The position numbers were made by a program, and so were the translations under genes. Below the pieces are notes generated by a model. It was not told the origin of the DNA. It saw only the letters and a program-made list of their open reading frames with translations, and did no database searches. Shown in pieces: positions 19,350 to 29,151 of a stretch of DNA of 64,000 bases. Position 1 is the stretch's first letter; each line of letters begins with the position of its first letter. Source of the stretch: an uncultured cyanobacterium (GTDB lineage: Bacteria; Cyanobacteriota; Cyanobacteriia; CAKZMO01); assembly GCA_963719515.1 (NCBI GenBank), contig CAVRCJ010000001.1, positions 288,001 through 352,000 on the forward strand. Direction: 5' to 3'.

Positions 19350-20715
19350 CAGAATCGCGGCAGTCCCTAATCTCAGCGAAGCGGATTAGGGAAGGATAGC
19401 GCGTGAGCGTAGCGAACATAGTACGATTGTCTCAGTGCATACATCGAGTTATGGCAACACGCCGTGTAACGTATAGGCTCTACCCGACGACCCAGCAAGG
19501 GGCGATGCTGTTCGAGTGGCGGCGTCTTCATGCCTACCTGTACAACGCCTGCATAGAGCACCGCCGCACCAGCTACAAACAGCACGGGCAGTCTGTGGGC
19601 TACATCGACCAGCAAAACCTGCTACCTGCATTCAAGGAGTGCTGGCCAGAGTACAAAGCTTTGGGCAGTCATGCTTTGCAGGCTACGGTCAAGCGAGTAG
19701 ACTTTGCGTTTCAGCGGTTCTTCAAAGGGCTAGGGAAGTATCCCAAGTTCAAGTCGATACGGCTGTTCTCTGGCTGGACCTATCCGTGCGGTTCTGGCTG
19801 GAAGGCGCTAAGCGATGGCATCAATGGTTGCCTGCAGCTATCAAACTTGGGCAAGATTCGGATGCGAGGACAAGCTCGTACCTGGGGGAGACCGACAACC
19901 TGCACGATTGTCTACCGGCCAAGTGAAGGGAAGTGGTACGCCTCCATCACCGTGGCGTGCAGCCCAGAGCGCCAAACCGCTGGCGGTGCTGTCGGGATAG
20001 ACTTAGGCTGCACTAATGCGGTGTCGTTCTCAGACGGCACCAAAGAGGAAAAGCCTGAGTTCATCAAAGCGGGCGATGTCGCGGTTAAGCAGGCCTGCAA
20101 GGTGCTGCGCCGCAAACGCAGGCCCAACCGCAAGCAGGGCGTCAAAGCCTCTAACCGCTGGCGCAAAGCCAGACGCAAAGTTTCCAAGATTCAACGCAAG
20201 GTAGCCAACCAGCGAGCGGATTGGTTGCACAAGCTCACCAGCAACATAGTTAGCCGTAATAGCCTAGTCGCCGGAGAGCAGCTTAACGTCAAGGGCATGA
20301 CCCGCAAGGCCCGCAAAGGCAAGCGGAAACGTCAAAAGGCCGGTCTCAATCGCTCAATCCTGTCGGTGGGGTTTGCAAGGGTTAGACCGCTGCTGTCCTA
20401 CAAGGAAGCTGAGGCGGGCGGATTCTATCTGGAGTCTCCTACCCGGCAGCTCAAGCCGTCCCAGCGCTGCGCTCAGTGCTGGGAGCTGACGCCCAAGACG
20501 TTGAGCGACCGTATCCACCGATGCCAACACTGCGGCCATACCGAAGACCGCGATACCAATGCTGCTCAGGTCAATCTGATCTGGGCACGGGGGCAGGAAT
20601 CTTCCCTCGCAAGCGCTGAGCCGCCTAGCTCTACCAACTGCGGAAGCATGAGGCAACTAGGGGCAATGAAGCGCACGAAACACCTAGCTCAGCGTAGCGG
20701 TTAGGTGTAGTTCAT
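19350..20715 (+). mobile_element. tnpB-only IS200/IS605-family element (IS1341-like), 1366 bp, inserted after TTGAA
   Basis: Left hairpin CCCTAATC-TCAGCGAAGCG-GATTAGGG (19365-19391) and right hairpin CACCTAGC-TCAGCGTAGCG-GTTAGGTG (20681-20707) have nearly identical loops. The element ends TCAT at 20715. Confidence 0.82.
19451..20704 (+). CDS. tnpB: RNA-guided endonuclease TnpB (intact)
   Basis: YRLYPT N-terminus, RuvC residues in VGIDLG, AGEQL and DRDTNAA, and zinc ribbon CAQC..CQHC. Confidence 0.93.
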   Translation: MATRRVTYRLYPTTQQGAMLFEWRRLHAYLYNACIEHRRTSYKQHGQSVGYIDQQNLLPAFKECWPEYKALGSHALQATVKRVDFAFQRFFKGLGKYPKFKSIRLFSGWTYPCGSGWKALSDGINGCLQLSNLGKIRMRGQARTWGRPTTCTIVYRPSEGKWYASITVACSPERQTAGGAVGIDLGCTNAVSFSDGTKEEKPEFIKAGDVAVKQACKVLRRKRRPNRKQGVKASNRWRKARRKVSKIQRKVANQRADWLHKLTSNIVSRNSLVAGEQLNVKGMTRKARKGKRKRQKAGLNRSILSVGFARVRPLLSYKEAEAGGFYLESPTRQLKPSQRCAQCWELTPKTLSDRIHRCQHCGHTEDRDTNAAQVNLIWARGQESSLASAEPPSSTNCGSMRQLGAMKRTKHLAQRSG

Positions 20716-20720
20716 ACCCT

Positions 20721-20750
20721 ATGTTGCCTATCAAATGTTGCCTACCAAAT
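20721..20750. repeat. 14-bp tandem repeat (ATGTTGCCTAYCAA x2)
   Basis: Visible just downstream of the tnpB element right end. Confidence 0.7.
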
Positions 20751-20810
20751 TAGATCAAAGACCAGCTACGCAGAGCGATCGCACCGTAGCCGCCCCGAAG
20801 CGAATCTAGC

Positions 20811-21716
20811 ATGACCAACGCCAAAGCCGCTCCTCCCGCCGCCAGTCCCTTGCTCTATGCCAAGCTGTCGGCCATGACCGTAATTTGGGGCGGTACCTTT
20901 ATCGCTGGTCGGGTCGTCACCCAAACCCTCGGCCCCTTTTCCGCTGCCTTTTGCCGCTACGCGATCGCTACCCTACTGCTGCTACTTCTTACCCGCCGCG
21001 TCGAAGGCCGCTTGCCCCCTCTAAAACAGGCTCAGCTTTTACCCCTGGTCATCTTAGGGCTAACGGGGGTATTTGCCTACAACGCCCTGTTTTTTCTAGG
21101 GCTAGAGCGCATCCCGGCCGGACGTGCCTCCCTCATTGTCACAACCAATCCGACAATGATTGCGTTGGGAGCTGCGATCTTTTTTCGCCATCCTCTGACG
21201 CCGCTGCGGATTTTGGGCATTGCCTTGGGGCTGATGGGGGCAGTGACGGTGATTACTGACGGTGCCCCCTGGGCGATTTTGCACTCAGGCGTCAGCTTGG
21301 GAGATCTGTACCTGGTGGGCTGCGTGTTTTCCTGGGCGGCATACTCCCTAGTAGGCAAAGCCGTGATGGACACCCTGTCGCCCTTTGCCGCCATTACCTA
21401 CGCCTGCCTTGTGGGAACGCCGCTGCTGCTGGGGCCTGCCCTGAGGGAAGGACTGATTGGGGATGTCGTTACCGCCTCGCCCGCGCTCTGGCTCAATGTC
21501 CTGTATCTGGCCGTGCTGGGGACGGTGGTGGCCTTCTACTGGTACTATCAGGGGCTAAAGATTCTGGGACCGGCCCGCGCCTCGATTTTCATTAACTTTG
21601 TGCCGGTGGTGGCAGTGCTGCTGGCGGCGGTGCTGCTGGGGGAGCCGCTATCGGTGTCGCTGCTGGTGGGAGGAGCCTTAGTGGTAATGGGAGTGTTTTT
21701 GACGAACCGATACTGA
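20811..21716 (+). CDS. DMT/EamA family transporter
   Basis: IWGGTF, about 10 TM helices, two EamA repeats. Confidence 0.92.
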   Translation: MTNAKAAPPAASPLLYAKLSAMTVIWGGTFIAGRVVTQTLGPFSAAFCRYAIATLLLLLLTRRVEGRLPPLKQAQLLPLVILGLTGVFAYNALFFLGLERIPAGRASLIVTTNPTMIALGAAIFFRHPLTPLRILGIALGLMGAVTVITDGAPWAILHSGVSLGDLYLVGCVFSWAAYSLVGKAVMDTLSPFAAITYACLVGTPLLLGPALREGLIGDVVTASPALWLNVLYLAVLGTVVAFYWYYQGLKILGPARASIFINFVPVVAVLLAAVLLGEPLSVSLLVGGALVVMGVFLTNRY

Positions 21717-21971
21717 AACGGAGAGCAGGAGAGCTGCCCAAAACGATTTCCGGTCATAAGGGAGCCAATGAATAGCCCCATATCAGTCCCTACCCCATAG
21801 GCTTAGCGATAAAGGAGTTGAACATTGAGGGGACCACGAGCGGGTTTTACGCAACGCGCAATTCTAATTCTTGCGGAGCAGGATGCCCAGCGCTAGGGGG
21901 TATTCTACTAAGGCCTCAATCCATTGACGTCGGCCTTGCGCAACGCGCTAATAGTGAGCCAATATCATCAA

Positions 21972-24900
21972 CTACGAAGTCAAAGATTGCGCTAGCTCAA
22001 CGATGAATTCAGTGCCCTCGCCAGGGTTAGAGTGACAGTAGAGCCTTCCCTGATGGTTACCCGTGACAATTTGGTAGCTGATGGAGAGCCCCATCCCTGT
22101 GCCAACGCCAGTGGGTTTAGTAGTAAAGAAGGGGTTGAAAATGCTGGACTGGGTCGCTGTGTCCATCCCGATGCCGTTATCTTTCACCGAGATAGAAATC
22201 TTGCTTTCAGAAAGGACTGAGGTCTCAATCGTTAGCTTTCCCCCATAGCCTGAGTCCTCGCTGGCCTGTCGCTCTTCAATGGCATCGACAGCATTTACCA
22301 ATAGATTTAAAAACACTTGGTCAAGCAAACTGCCATAGCACTCAATGCGGGGCAGTTTGCCATATTGTTTGACTACGTCAATTCTTGGGTTGCCCGCTCG
22401 ACCGTTAAGACGGTTTTGTAAAATGATGAGGGAATTGTCGATATACTCGTGAACGTCGATCGCCGAGTAATTGGCCTGATTTAGATGGGAGAACGTCCGC
22501 AAAGACTGAACAATATTCTGAATGCGCGTCGCTCCATTTTCCATAGACGCCAATAGCTTGGGAAAATCGCTGAGGATGTAGTCTGCGTCGATTTGGCTGA
22601 TGAGCTTATCGATCGCGCTAGGAGGCTCTGGATAATGTTGTTGATAGAGCTGAATCAACGCCGCTAAACTGTTGGCATAGTCAGACGCTGCGGCTAAGTT
22701 CCCGTAGATAAAGCCCACAGGATTGTTGATCTCATGGGCGATGCCTGCAACAAGCTGCCCCAAACTCGACATCTTTTCAGCTTGGACAAGATGAATCTGG
22801 GCATCTTGTAGCTCTTGATAAGAGCGCTGCAGCTGCTCAGTTTTAGCCTGAGACTCTTTGTAAATCTGGGCCTGAGAGATGGCAATCGCCACCTGATTGG
22901 CAATACTTTGAAACAGCTCCACTTCTTCGTCTTTCCAGGGCTGATCGCTAGTCGCCCGGCCAATATGCAAGCTGCCGATTTCAACGCCAGCAGTATGGAT
23001 AGGTAAGCACAAGAGAGCAGAAATGCCAGACGATTTGAGCTTATCGATTAGGGTTTCATTGTGTGGCTCTGTCAAGCTGTCGATGCGGTAGATTTGATTG
23101 TTAATAATGCTCTCAAAGAGTTGAGGAAAATTTTCAGAACGATAGGTTCCGACACAGCTGCGCAGCCCGCTCACTTTCCTCTCTTCTACCACCTCTATCT
23201 GCCCTGAGGGCAGACCTGAGCTGTCGCTATCTTTGGTGTACCAAGCAAAAACGCAGCTATCCACCGGAAACTCCACAACAATGCCAGTGACGAGATTGCG
23301 TAGAATAATGTTGAGATCGAGGGAGTCGCGAATTTCTGAACCGATGCGGTTGAGGAGCTGCGCTCGGCTAAGCAAGTGGTGGACCTGCGCTTCAGCTTGC
23401 CGGCGATCGGTTACATCTTGTATAGTGACCACCACCCCAAAAACGCTCCCGTTTAGATCTTTTAGAGGCGCTTTGTTGGTCACAAGCCAGCGCTGTTCAC
23501 CACCGGGTACCGTCAAGGGCTCCTCAATTCCAAGCGTTGGTTTACCCGACTCCATCACCTCTCTATCGTCAGCGCGAAAGTGCTCAGCTTCGCTTTGGTC
23601 TACGACAATTTCGAAATCGGTCTTGCCGACAATTTCAGCTGAGGATTTAAATCCAAGAATTGTGGCGAGCTGCTGATTACAGCCTAAATAGACAGAATTA
23701 CGATCTTTCCAATTGACCGGTATTGGCAGCGTGTCTAGCACCGTCTGCAAGAACTGCTCTCGCTCTCGCAGGGCAGCTGTACGTTCCTCAACCTTAATCT
23801 CTAGCTGTTGGTTGAGCTGCTCCGACAAAACTAATGCCCGCTGGCGCTCTAGCTCCGCTGCTGCGCGAGCAGCAAAGACGTGCAGAATTCGGATTGTCTG
23901 CTGTGGCGCTTGAAGAGCCTGCTTGTGCATGACAAACAGGGTACCGATAGCATTTCCTGCACCATCGCGCAGGGCGACACCGAGATAGGCCCGCAGATCG
24001 CCCCAGGGGTGATCTGCGGCCTCCGCAAAGGTATCTTTGATGGGGCCTTCCAAGTAAAACGAGCCGTCTTGTAAGGTACGCCCGCAGGGAAGGGTGGTGG
24101 CATCAAAGGGGGGCAAGTCTTGAAGCTTGCCATCAGCCCAAGATGCCAAGACATGAAGCTTGTTGTCAATCCATTCAGTGATACCGGCGTGGGAAACGTT
24201 GAGGCCCTGTGAGATATGCCTGGCCAATGCAGGAAAAAAGTCCTGCCCGGTGGTCGCTGCTGTGCCCTCAAATAGGTTTTGCAGCTGTGCTTCAGCTTGC
24301 TTACGCTCGGTAATATCTCGAACGACAACCAAAACCTCTTGCGCGTTGAGAGGAGCAATGCGAACTTCTTCGTGGCGCAAGTCTCCGTCGAAATCGAAGA
24401 TCTGCTCGTAAACCTGTAGGCTCTCGCTTTCAATGGCCTGGTTAGCGTAATGGAGGCGCTGCTGTGCTAGCTCAGGGGGCAGCGCCGCATAGACGTCTCG
24501 GTTATCAAGCAATTGGGGAGGATGTTTGATGTGAACGGCGCTTCCCCCAGCGATGCGGCTGTAGCGCCCGTGCCGATCCATCTGAATCAGCAGGTCAGGC
24601 ATCGTGTTGATGATGGCGCGGTTGGTCAATTCACTCTGCCGCAAAGCCGCCTCGGCCCGCTTCCGCTCGCTGATGTCCCGAATCATCAGCAAGACTTCAT
24701 CGTCACCGCTCTTGATCAGGCGCACCTCCTCGTCCTGAAAGCGATCGCCCACCTGCACCCGCTGCTCGTAGATCTGCAGCTCTCCGGTGCGTAAAGCCTG
24801 CTCTATATAGTAGCGCTGTTTAACCGCAATTTTCTCTGGAAGCACATCTGCCATCGCCAGCCCAGTCGGATCGACAGATTCAGGAATGATGACGAGTCCG

Positions 24901-25964
24901 CGCCGGTCCGTTACAGCTTCCCGATAAACGCCATCAGCACCGATGCGCAGCATGTAGTCCGGAATGACGGCCAAAAGCGCTCGGCTTTCAGCCTCTCGCT
25001 GCTGCAGCGCTATCTCGGCCTGCTTGCGATCGCTAATGTCAATAAGGATACCGACATAGCCAACAATTTTCCCGCAGCCATCGTGCTCTGCCATAGCCTG
25101 ACAGTAGGCCCAAACGACCGTCCCATCAGGTCGAAGGAAACGGCACTCAAGCCGAATTTCGCGCTGCTCTTGAACCGATTGCTCCCAAGCTCCGACGACA
25201 GGGCTGTGGTCCTCGGGATGGATGGACTGCTGCCAGCCGGCTCTGAGAGAGGACTCTAAGGTCGCGCCCGTGATTTTACAGTAGCGATCGTTGACATAGG
25301 TGCAGCTGCCTAACGCATCGGTGCGGAAAATGCCGACAGGGACCACAGCGGCTAGAGACGCATAACGACGCTCGCTTTCAAGCAAAAGCGCTTCGATTCG
25401 CCGGCGTTCGTTCAGCTCTTGGTCTAATGCGAGCTGGAGGCTTTCACAGGTGACTAAACCGATGGGGTAGTCCTGTTCATTCAAGATGGGCAGCTGCCGA
25501 CCGCAATGCTGCTGAATTAGGGCGATCGCCGCAGACACATCGACCAGCTCAGCCTCCCTGAGGCTAAGGGTAGCCGGCGTCATGACTTGTCCAACAGTGT
25601 CGGAGGGCGATCGCTGTTGGGCGCTCAGGCGCACGACGTCCGCCTCGGTCAACATCCCGGCGTATCGTCCATTGTCTACAACGAGCACGCAGCTTGACCG
25701 TATCCGCTGATGGAGCGGCAAGTTGCTCCCCCTATGCTGGAAGGAGGGCGACCCGGAGGCCTTTGGTAGGGAGGCACCGCCTCGGACGCGACGCCCCTGT
25801 ACATTGCTTACCGCGACGCCGCTCCTCTGAACCTCGTTGGTCTGGGCAATCTCCCCCTGGGCCTTACTCATCAGAACAATCGCGTCTACTGCTGCCGTAT
25901 CCGGCGAAACAATGAGCGGGTTCCGTATGATAAACGGTCCAAGGTCTGCAAGATTTGAGGGCAT
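21972..25964 (-). CDS. multi-sensor histidine kinase (CBS, several PAS, 2 GAF, HisKA, HATPase)
   Basis: CBS-like N-terminus, repeated DISERK/DITERK PAC ends, AHEINNP H-box, DNGIG and FFTTKPTGVGTGMGL. Confidence 0.93.
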   Translation of the reverse strand: MPSNLADLGPFIIRNPLIVSPDTAAVDAIVLMSKAQGEIAQTNEVQRSGVAVSNVQGRRVRGGASLPKASGSPSFQHRGSNLPLHQRIRSSCVLVVDNGRYAGMLTEADVVRLSAQQRSPSDTVGQVMTPATLSLREAELVDVSAAIALIQQHCGRQLPILNEQDYPIGLVTCESLQLALDQELNERRRIEALLLESERRYASLAAVVPVGIFRTDALGSCTYVNDRYCKITGATLESSLRAGWQQSIHPEDHSPVVGAWEQSVQEQREIRLECRFLRPDGTVVWAYCQAMAEHDGCGKIVGYVGILIDISDRKQAEIALQQREAESRALLAVIPDYMLRIGADGVYREAVTDRRGLVIIPESVDPTGLAMADVLPEKIAVKQRYYIEQALRTGELQIYEQRVQVGDRFQDEEVRLIKSGDDEVLLMIRDISERKRAEAALRQSELTNRAIINTMPDLLIQMDRHGRYSRIAGGSAVHIKHPPQLLDNRDVYAALPPELAQQRLHYANQAIESESLQVYEQIFDFDGDLRHEEVRIAPLNAQEVLVVVRDITERKQAEAQLQNLFEGTAATTGQDFFPALARHISQGLNVSHAGITEWIDNKLHVLASWADGKLQDLPPFDATTLPCGRTLQDGSFYLEGPIKDTFAEAADHPWGDLRAYLGVALRDGAGNAIGTLFVMHKQALQAPQQTIRILHVFAARAAAELERQRALVLSEQLNQQLEIKVEERTAALREREQFLQTVLDTLPIPVNWKDRNSVYLGCNQQLATILGFKSSAEIVGKTDFEIVVDQSEAEHFRADDREVMESGKPTLGIEEPLTVPGGEQRWLVTNKAPLKDLNGSVFGVVVTIQDVTDRRQAEAQVHHLLSRAQLLNRIGSEIRDSLDLNIILRNLVTGIVVEFPVDSCVFAWYTKDSDSSGLPSGQIEVVEERKVSGLRSCVGTYRSENFPQLFESIINNQIYRIDSLTEPHNETLIDKLKSSGISALLCLPIHTAGVEIGSLHIGRATSDQPWKDEEVELFQSIANQVAIAISQAQIYKESQAKTEQLQRSYQELQDAQIHLVQAEKMSSLGQLVAGIAHEINNPVGFIYGNLAAASDYANSLAALIQLYQQHYPEPPSAIDKLISQIDADYILSDFPKLLASMENGATRIQNIVQSLRTFSHLNQANYSAIDVHEYIDNSLIILQNRLNGRAGNPRIDVVKQYGKLPRIECYGSLLDQVFLNLLVNAVDAIEERQASEDSGYGGKLTIETSVLSESKISISVKDNGIGMDTATQSSIFNPFFTTKPTGVGTGMGLSISYQIVTGNHQGRLYCHSNPGEGTEFIVELAQSLTS

Positions 25965-26254
25965 AGGGCTGTGGGCTTATTCCTTCTTCCGGCGGCAGCA
26001 CCTCTCTAAATACTTAGAGGCAAAGATTCACCTTGCGATCGCTGTCTCGTGCATAGGATTGAGAGATCTATTATTTAGACTGAACTTCGCGGGCGATCGC
26101 TGTCTTGACATGGGTTTCCCGCACCCTAGATAGATTATAGTCGAAGGCTTCCCTACAGCAATTTCTCTAAAAACTATTCCTTATTGCCAAAACTGCTGCG
26201 GTTTGATCTTTAAACCAGCAGGCCCAGCGCCGCAAATCTCCGCTGCCGCCCGTC

Positions 26255-27772
26255 TCAACGCTGCCATTCTAGCCACTTCGCCGCAAGCTTCTTAATCAAC
26301 GGCGTGAACTGCTGCAGGCTATACGCTTCTGCGGCTTTGCGGATCACCTCCGCCTGGGTGGGGTAGGGGTGAATGACGTCAGCGATCGCCCCGAGCCCTA
26401 GTCCCTTGGTCATCGCCAGGGTGATTTCGTTGATTATTTCCCCCGCGTGGGCCGCCACCACCGTCGCCCCCAAGATGCGGTCTTTGCTTGGGGCTAGGTA
26501 AATCTTGGCAAACCCCTCGGTCTCCCCATCGGCGATCGCCCGATCGACGTCGCCCAAAGGCACGTGAAAGACGCGACAGCCCGCCTGTGACGCCTCGCTC
26601 GCCGAGAGACCCACCTGTGCGAGCTCAGGGTCGGTATAAACGCAGGACGGCATCGTGAGATCGTTCAGCTCACGACACCCGATGCCAAAGGGGGCAAACA
26701 GAGCATTTTGAACAACAATGCGGGCCGCTGCATCCGCCGCGTGGGTAAACTTCCAGGCCATGCAGCAGTCCCCTACGGCGTAGATGGTAGGGCTGGAGGT
26801 TTGTAGACGCTCGTTGATGAGGATGCCTTTCTTTTTGTCGGCTTTGACGCCCCCCTGCTCTAGCCCCAAGCTGCTGATGTTGGGGGCACGGCCGACGCTC
26901 ACCAGCACGGCGTCCACCTCCACCGAGCGGGCGGCCCCGTTGCTCTCGTAATGCACGACCTTTGCGCTACCCTGCTGCGCTACCCGCGTCACGTCGGCGT
27001 TGAGCAGCAGGGTTACCCCCTCATGGGCAAACCGGCGCTGCAGGAGCTCCGACACTTCAGGCTCACCAGCGCTGAGAATGCGATCGCCTCGCTGCAGCAG
27101 CGTTACCGCCGTTCCCAGGCGCTGAAACGCCTGGGCCAGCTCGCAGCCGATATAGCCGCCGCCAATCACCGCCAGTCGTTGAGGACGCTCGGTGAGGTTG
27201 AAGATATTCTCGTTGGTGAGGTGCTCTACGGTGTCTAGTCCCTCAATGGGCGGCAGCACCGGACTAGAGCCGGTAGCAATGACGGCTTTCTTGAACCGCA
27301 GAATTTGGGTGCCGACGGCGATCGCATCTTTGCTGATAAATTTGGCTTCGCCGAAGAAAAGGTCAATGCCATATGTCTTGACCATATGCTCGGCGGAGTC
27401 GTTCTCGCTGATTTCGGCCCGCACCTGGCGCACCCGTTCCATTACTTCAGAAAAATTGACTGCGACGCCTTCAGGGACATTGACGCCAAAGCGATGAGCC
27501 TGCCGCACCTCATGGGCGGCGCGGGCGGCGCGAATCAAGGTTTTGGAGGGGATGCAGCCGACGTTGGTGCAGTCGCCCCCTAGCAAATGCTTTTCGATTA
27601 GAGCGACTTTACCGCCCAATAGACCGGCCCCGCCCGCGGTGACTAGGCCAGCAGTGCCGCCGCCAATGACAACCAGGTTATAGCGCTCGGCGGGGGTGGG
27701 ATTTTGCCAGTTTGGAGGGTGAACGTGGGAGAGAAGGGTGCGGTTGTGGTGGTCGAGGGGAGAAAGGGTCAT
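26255..27772 (-). CDS. FAD-dependent pyridine nucleotide-disulfide oxidoreductase (mercuric reductase-like, lacking the MerA C-terminal Cys pair)
   Basis: GGGTAG, GGDCTNVGCIPSK, GGGYIGCE and IHPYPT motifs. Confidence 0.88.
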   Translation of the reverse strand: MTLSPLDHHNRTLLSHVHPPNWQNPTPAERYNLVVIGGGTAGLVTAGGAGLLGGKVALIEKHLLGGDCTNVGCIPSKTLIRAARAAHEVRQAHRFGVNVPEGVAVNFSEVMERVRQVRAEISENDSAEHMVKTYGIDLFFGEAKFISKDAIAVGTQILRFKKAVIATGSSPVLPPIEGLDTVEHLTNENIFNLTERPQRLAVIGGGYIGCELAQAFQRLGTAVTLLQRGDRILSAGEPEVSELLQRRFAHEGVTLLLNADVTRVAQQGSAKVVHYESNGAARSVEVDAVLVSVGRAPNISSLGLEQGGVKADKKKGILINERLQTSSPTIYAVGDCCMAWKFTHAADAAARIVVQNALFAPFGIGCRELNDLTMPSCVYTDPELAQVGLSASEASQAGCRVFHVPLGDVDRAIADGETEGFAKIYLAPSKDRILGATVVAAHAGEIINEITLAMTKGLGLGAIADVIHPYPTQAEVIRKAAEAYSLQQFTPLIKKLAAKWLEWQR

Positions 27773-27892
27773 GGCGATCGCCCAATGTTTAGCGCTGTCA
27801 GCGGCTATTGCTTTTGCAGGCTGCACCGGCAGTCGTAAGAAAGAATCATATACTGAAAAAACGTGGCGCAGTAGTTATCTGGAAGCTGTCAT

Positions 27893-28384
27893 ATGAATCG
27901 CCGGCTGTTCTCTAAGCTCTCGCTCGCTTTTGCGGCAGGGGGCATTGCCTTATCAGGCTGCTCAGGGGCCAGAAGCAGTGCCGCAGGTCGGCAAACGTCC
28001 CTCTCAGCGGTGAACAAGCTGATGGTATTCCGCAGCCCAACCTGCGGCTGCTGCGAACAGTGGGTCGACCACATGACGGCAGCAGGCTTTCAGGTGCAGG
28101 ATAAGGTTACCGATGAGATGGTGATGGTGAAGCAGCGCTATGGGGTGCCGCCGCAGCTAGAGTCTTGCCACACCGCCCTGGTCAATGGCTACGTTATCGA
28201 AGGTCATGTCCCAGCGGCGGATGTGCAGCGGCTGCTCGCGGAGCGTCCCGACGTGGCGGGAATTGCGGCACCGGGGATGCCTGCCGGCTCTCCTGGTATG
28301 GAGCAGGGCGATCGCATCGATCCCTACAGGGTAGTTTCCTTCACGGCAGGCGGGGCAACAGCTATTTTCGCAGAGCATTTATAA
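27893..28384 (+). CDS. DUF411 (CopG-like) metal-binding exported protein
   Basis: NRRLF twin-Arg-like signal; SPTCGCC, SCHT, EGHVPA and PGMPAGSPGM motifs. Confidence 0.9.
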   Translation: MNRRLFSKLSLAFAAGGIALSGCSGARSSAAGRQTSLSAVNKLMVFRSPTCGCCEQWVDHMTAAGFQVQDKVTDEMVMVKQRYGVPPQLESCHTALVNGYVIEGHVPAADVQRLLAERPDVAGIAAPGMPAGSPGMEQGDRIDPYRVVSFTAGGATAIFAEHL

Positions 28385-28633
28385 CCACTGATCGCTTTCT
28401 AGCAGACGCTTCGACTGGGCGGGCATCTCTTGGTGGCAAGAGCCACATCGCCAATACACTTCGCCGGAACGAACGTGACGCAGCAGTACGTCGGAACAAC
28501 AGAGGCAGGTTCGTCGACCTCGGGGAGCTGAGCATTTCTTCGAATCGGTCAACGGATGAAGGACTTCTTTGAAAGGAACAACGTGATGTAGAGACGATGC
28601 GTTGGTATTCAGCAGTGCTTTCATGGTAATCAC
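28379..28633 (-). CDS. small Cys-rich (zinc-ribbon-like) cyanobacterial hypothetical protein
   Basis: CLCCSDVLLRHVRSGEVYWRCGSCHQEMP, a CxxC...CxxC pattern I recognise from cyanobacterial small proteins. Confidence 0.7.
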   Translation of the reverse strand: MITMKALLNTNASSLHHVVPFKEVLHPLTDSKKCSAPRGRRTCLCCSDVLLRHVRSGEVYWRCGSCHQEMPAQSKRLLESDQWL

Positions 28634-29151
28634 CGTTAAATTTAAAGTGGTTTTGTTAAAGCGAAGTTAGTTTTTAAAGGATTTAGCCGCGACAGTTAAA
28701 CTATCGGTTTAAATTGGGGTCGTTAAATTGGTGAAAGAAACGATCACAGCATGCTATGAGAGACTTGATTTATTAGGTAAGTGTCAACTTATCTAAATCC
28801 GACATGCGTTTCTTCTACACAAAGGCGTAAATCGAGGTTTGAAGGCGTAGGTCTATAAGCGGACTAGCAGTACTTTAGAGCAATCTATTGGCCTCGAATT
28901 TAGTCTATGCTACGGTGCCCAGCCTGTGCTAGGACTACCAAACGTTTTGTTAACTTGTATCAAGCCAGGTAAACTTTAGAAAGTATCTTATATCGCTTAA
29001 GGAAGAAGAAAAGAGCCTAGCAGAGCTTTTGCAGCTGCCTCCTCTTATGGGTTTGGGTATGAGGGCGTGGCAAACGCTTTCCCTCTGGATAACCGCAAAG
29101 AAAATCAACAGTTATACACATTAATTGTGTAGCGATAACTAAACGTAGCTA

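Noticed and set aside
22860..24270. Cyanobacteriochrome photoreceptor GAF domains in the kinase
   Set aside because: No recognisable chromophore-binding Asp motif or Cys-His pair in either GAF.
26255..28384. Mercury resistance (merA) locus
   Set aside because: The reductase lacks the C-terminal Cys-Cys pair and N-terminal metal-binding domain, and there is no merR/T/P nearby.
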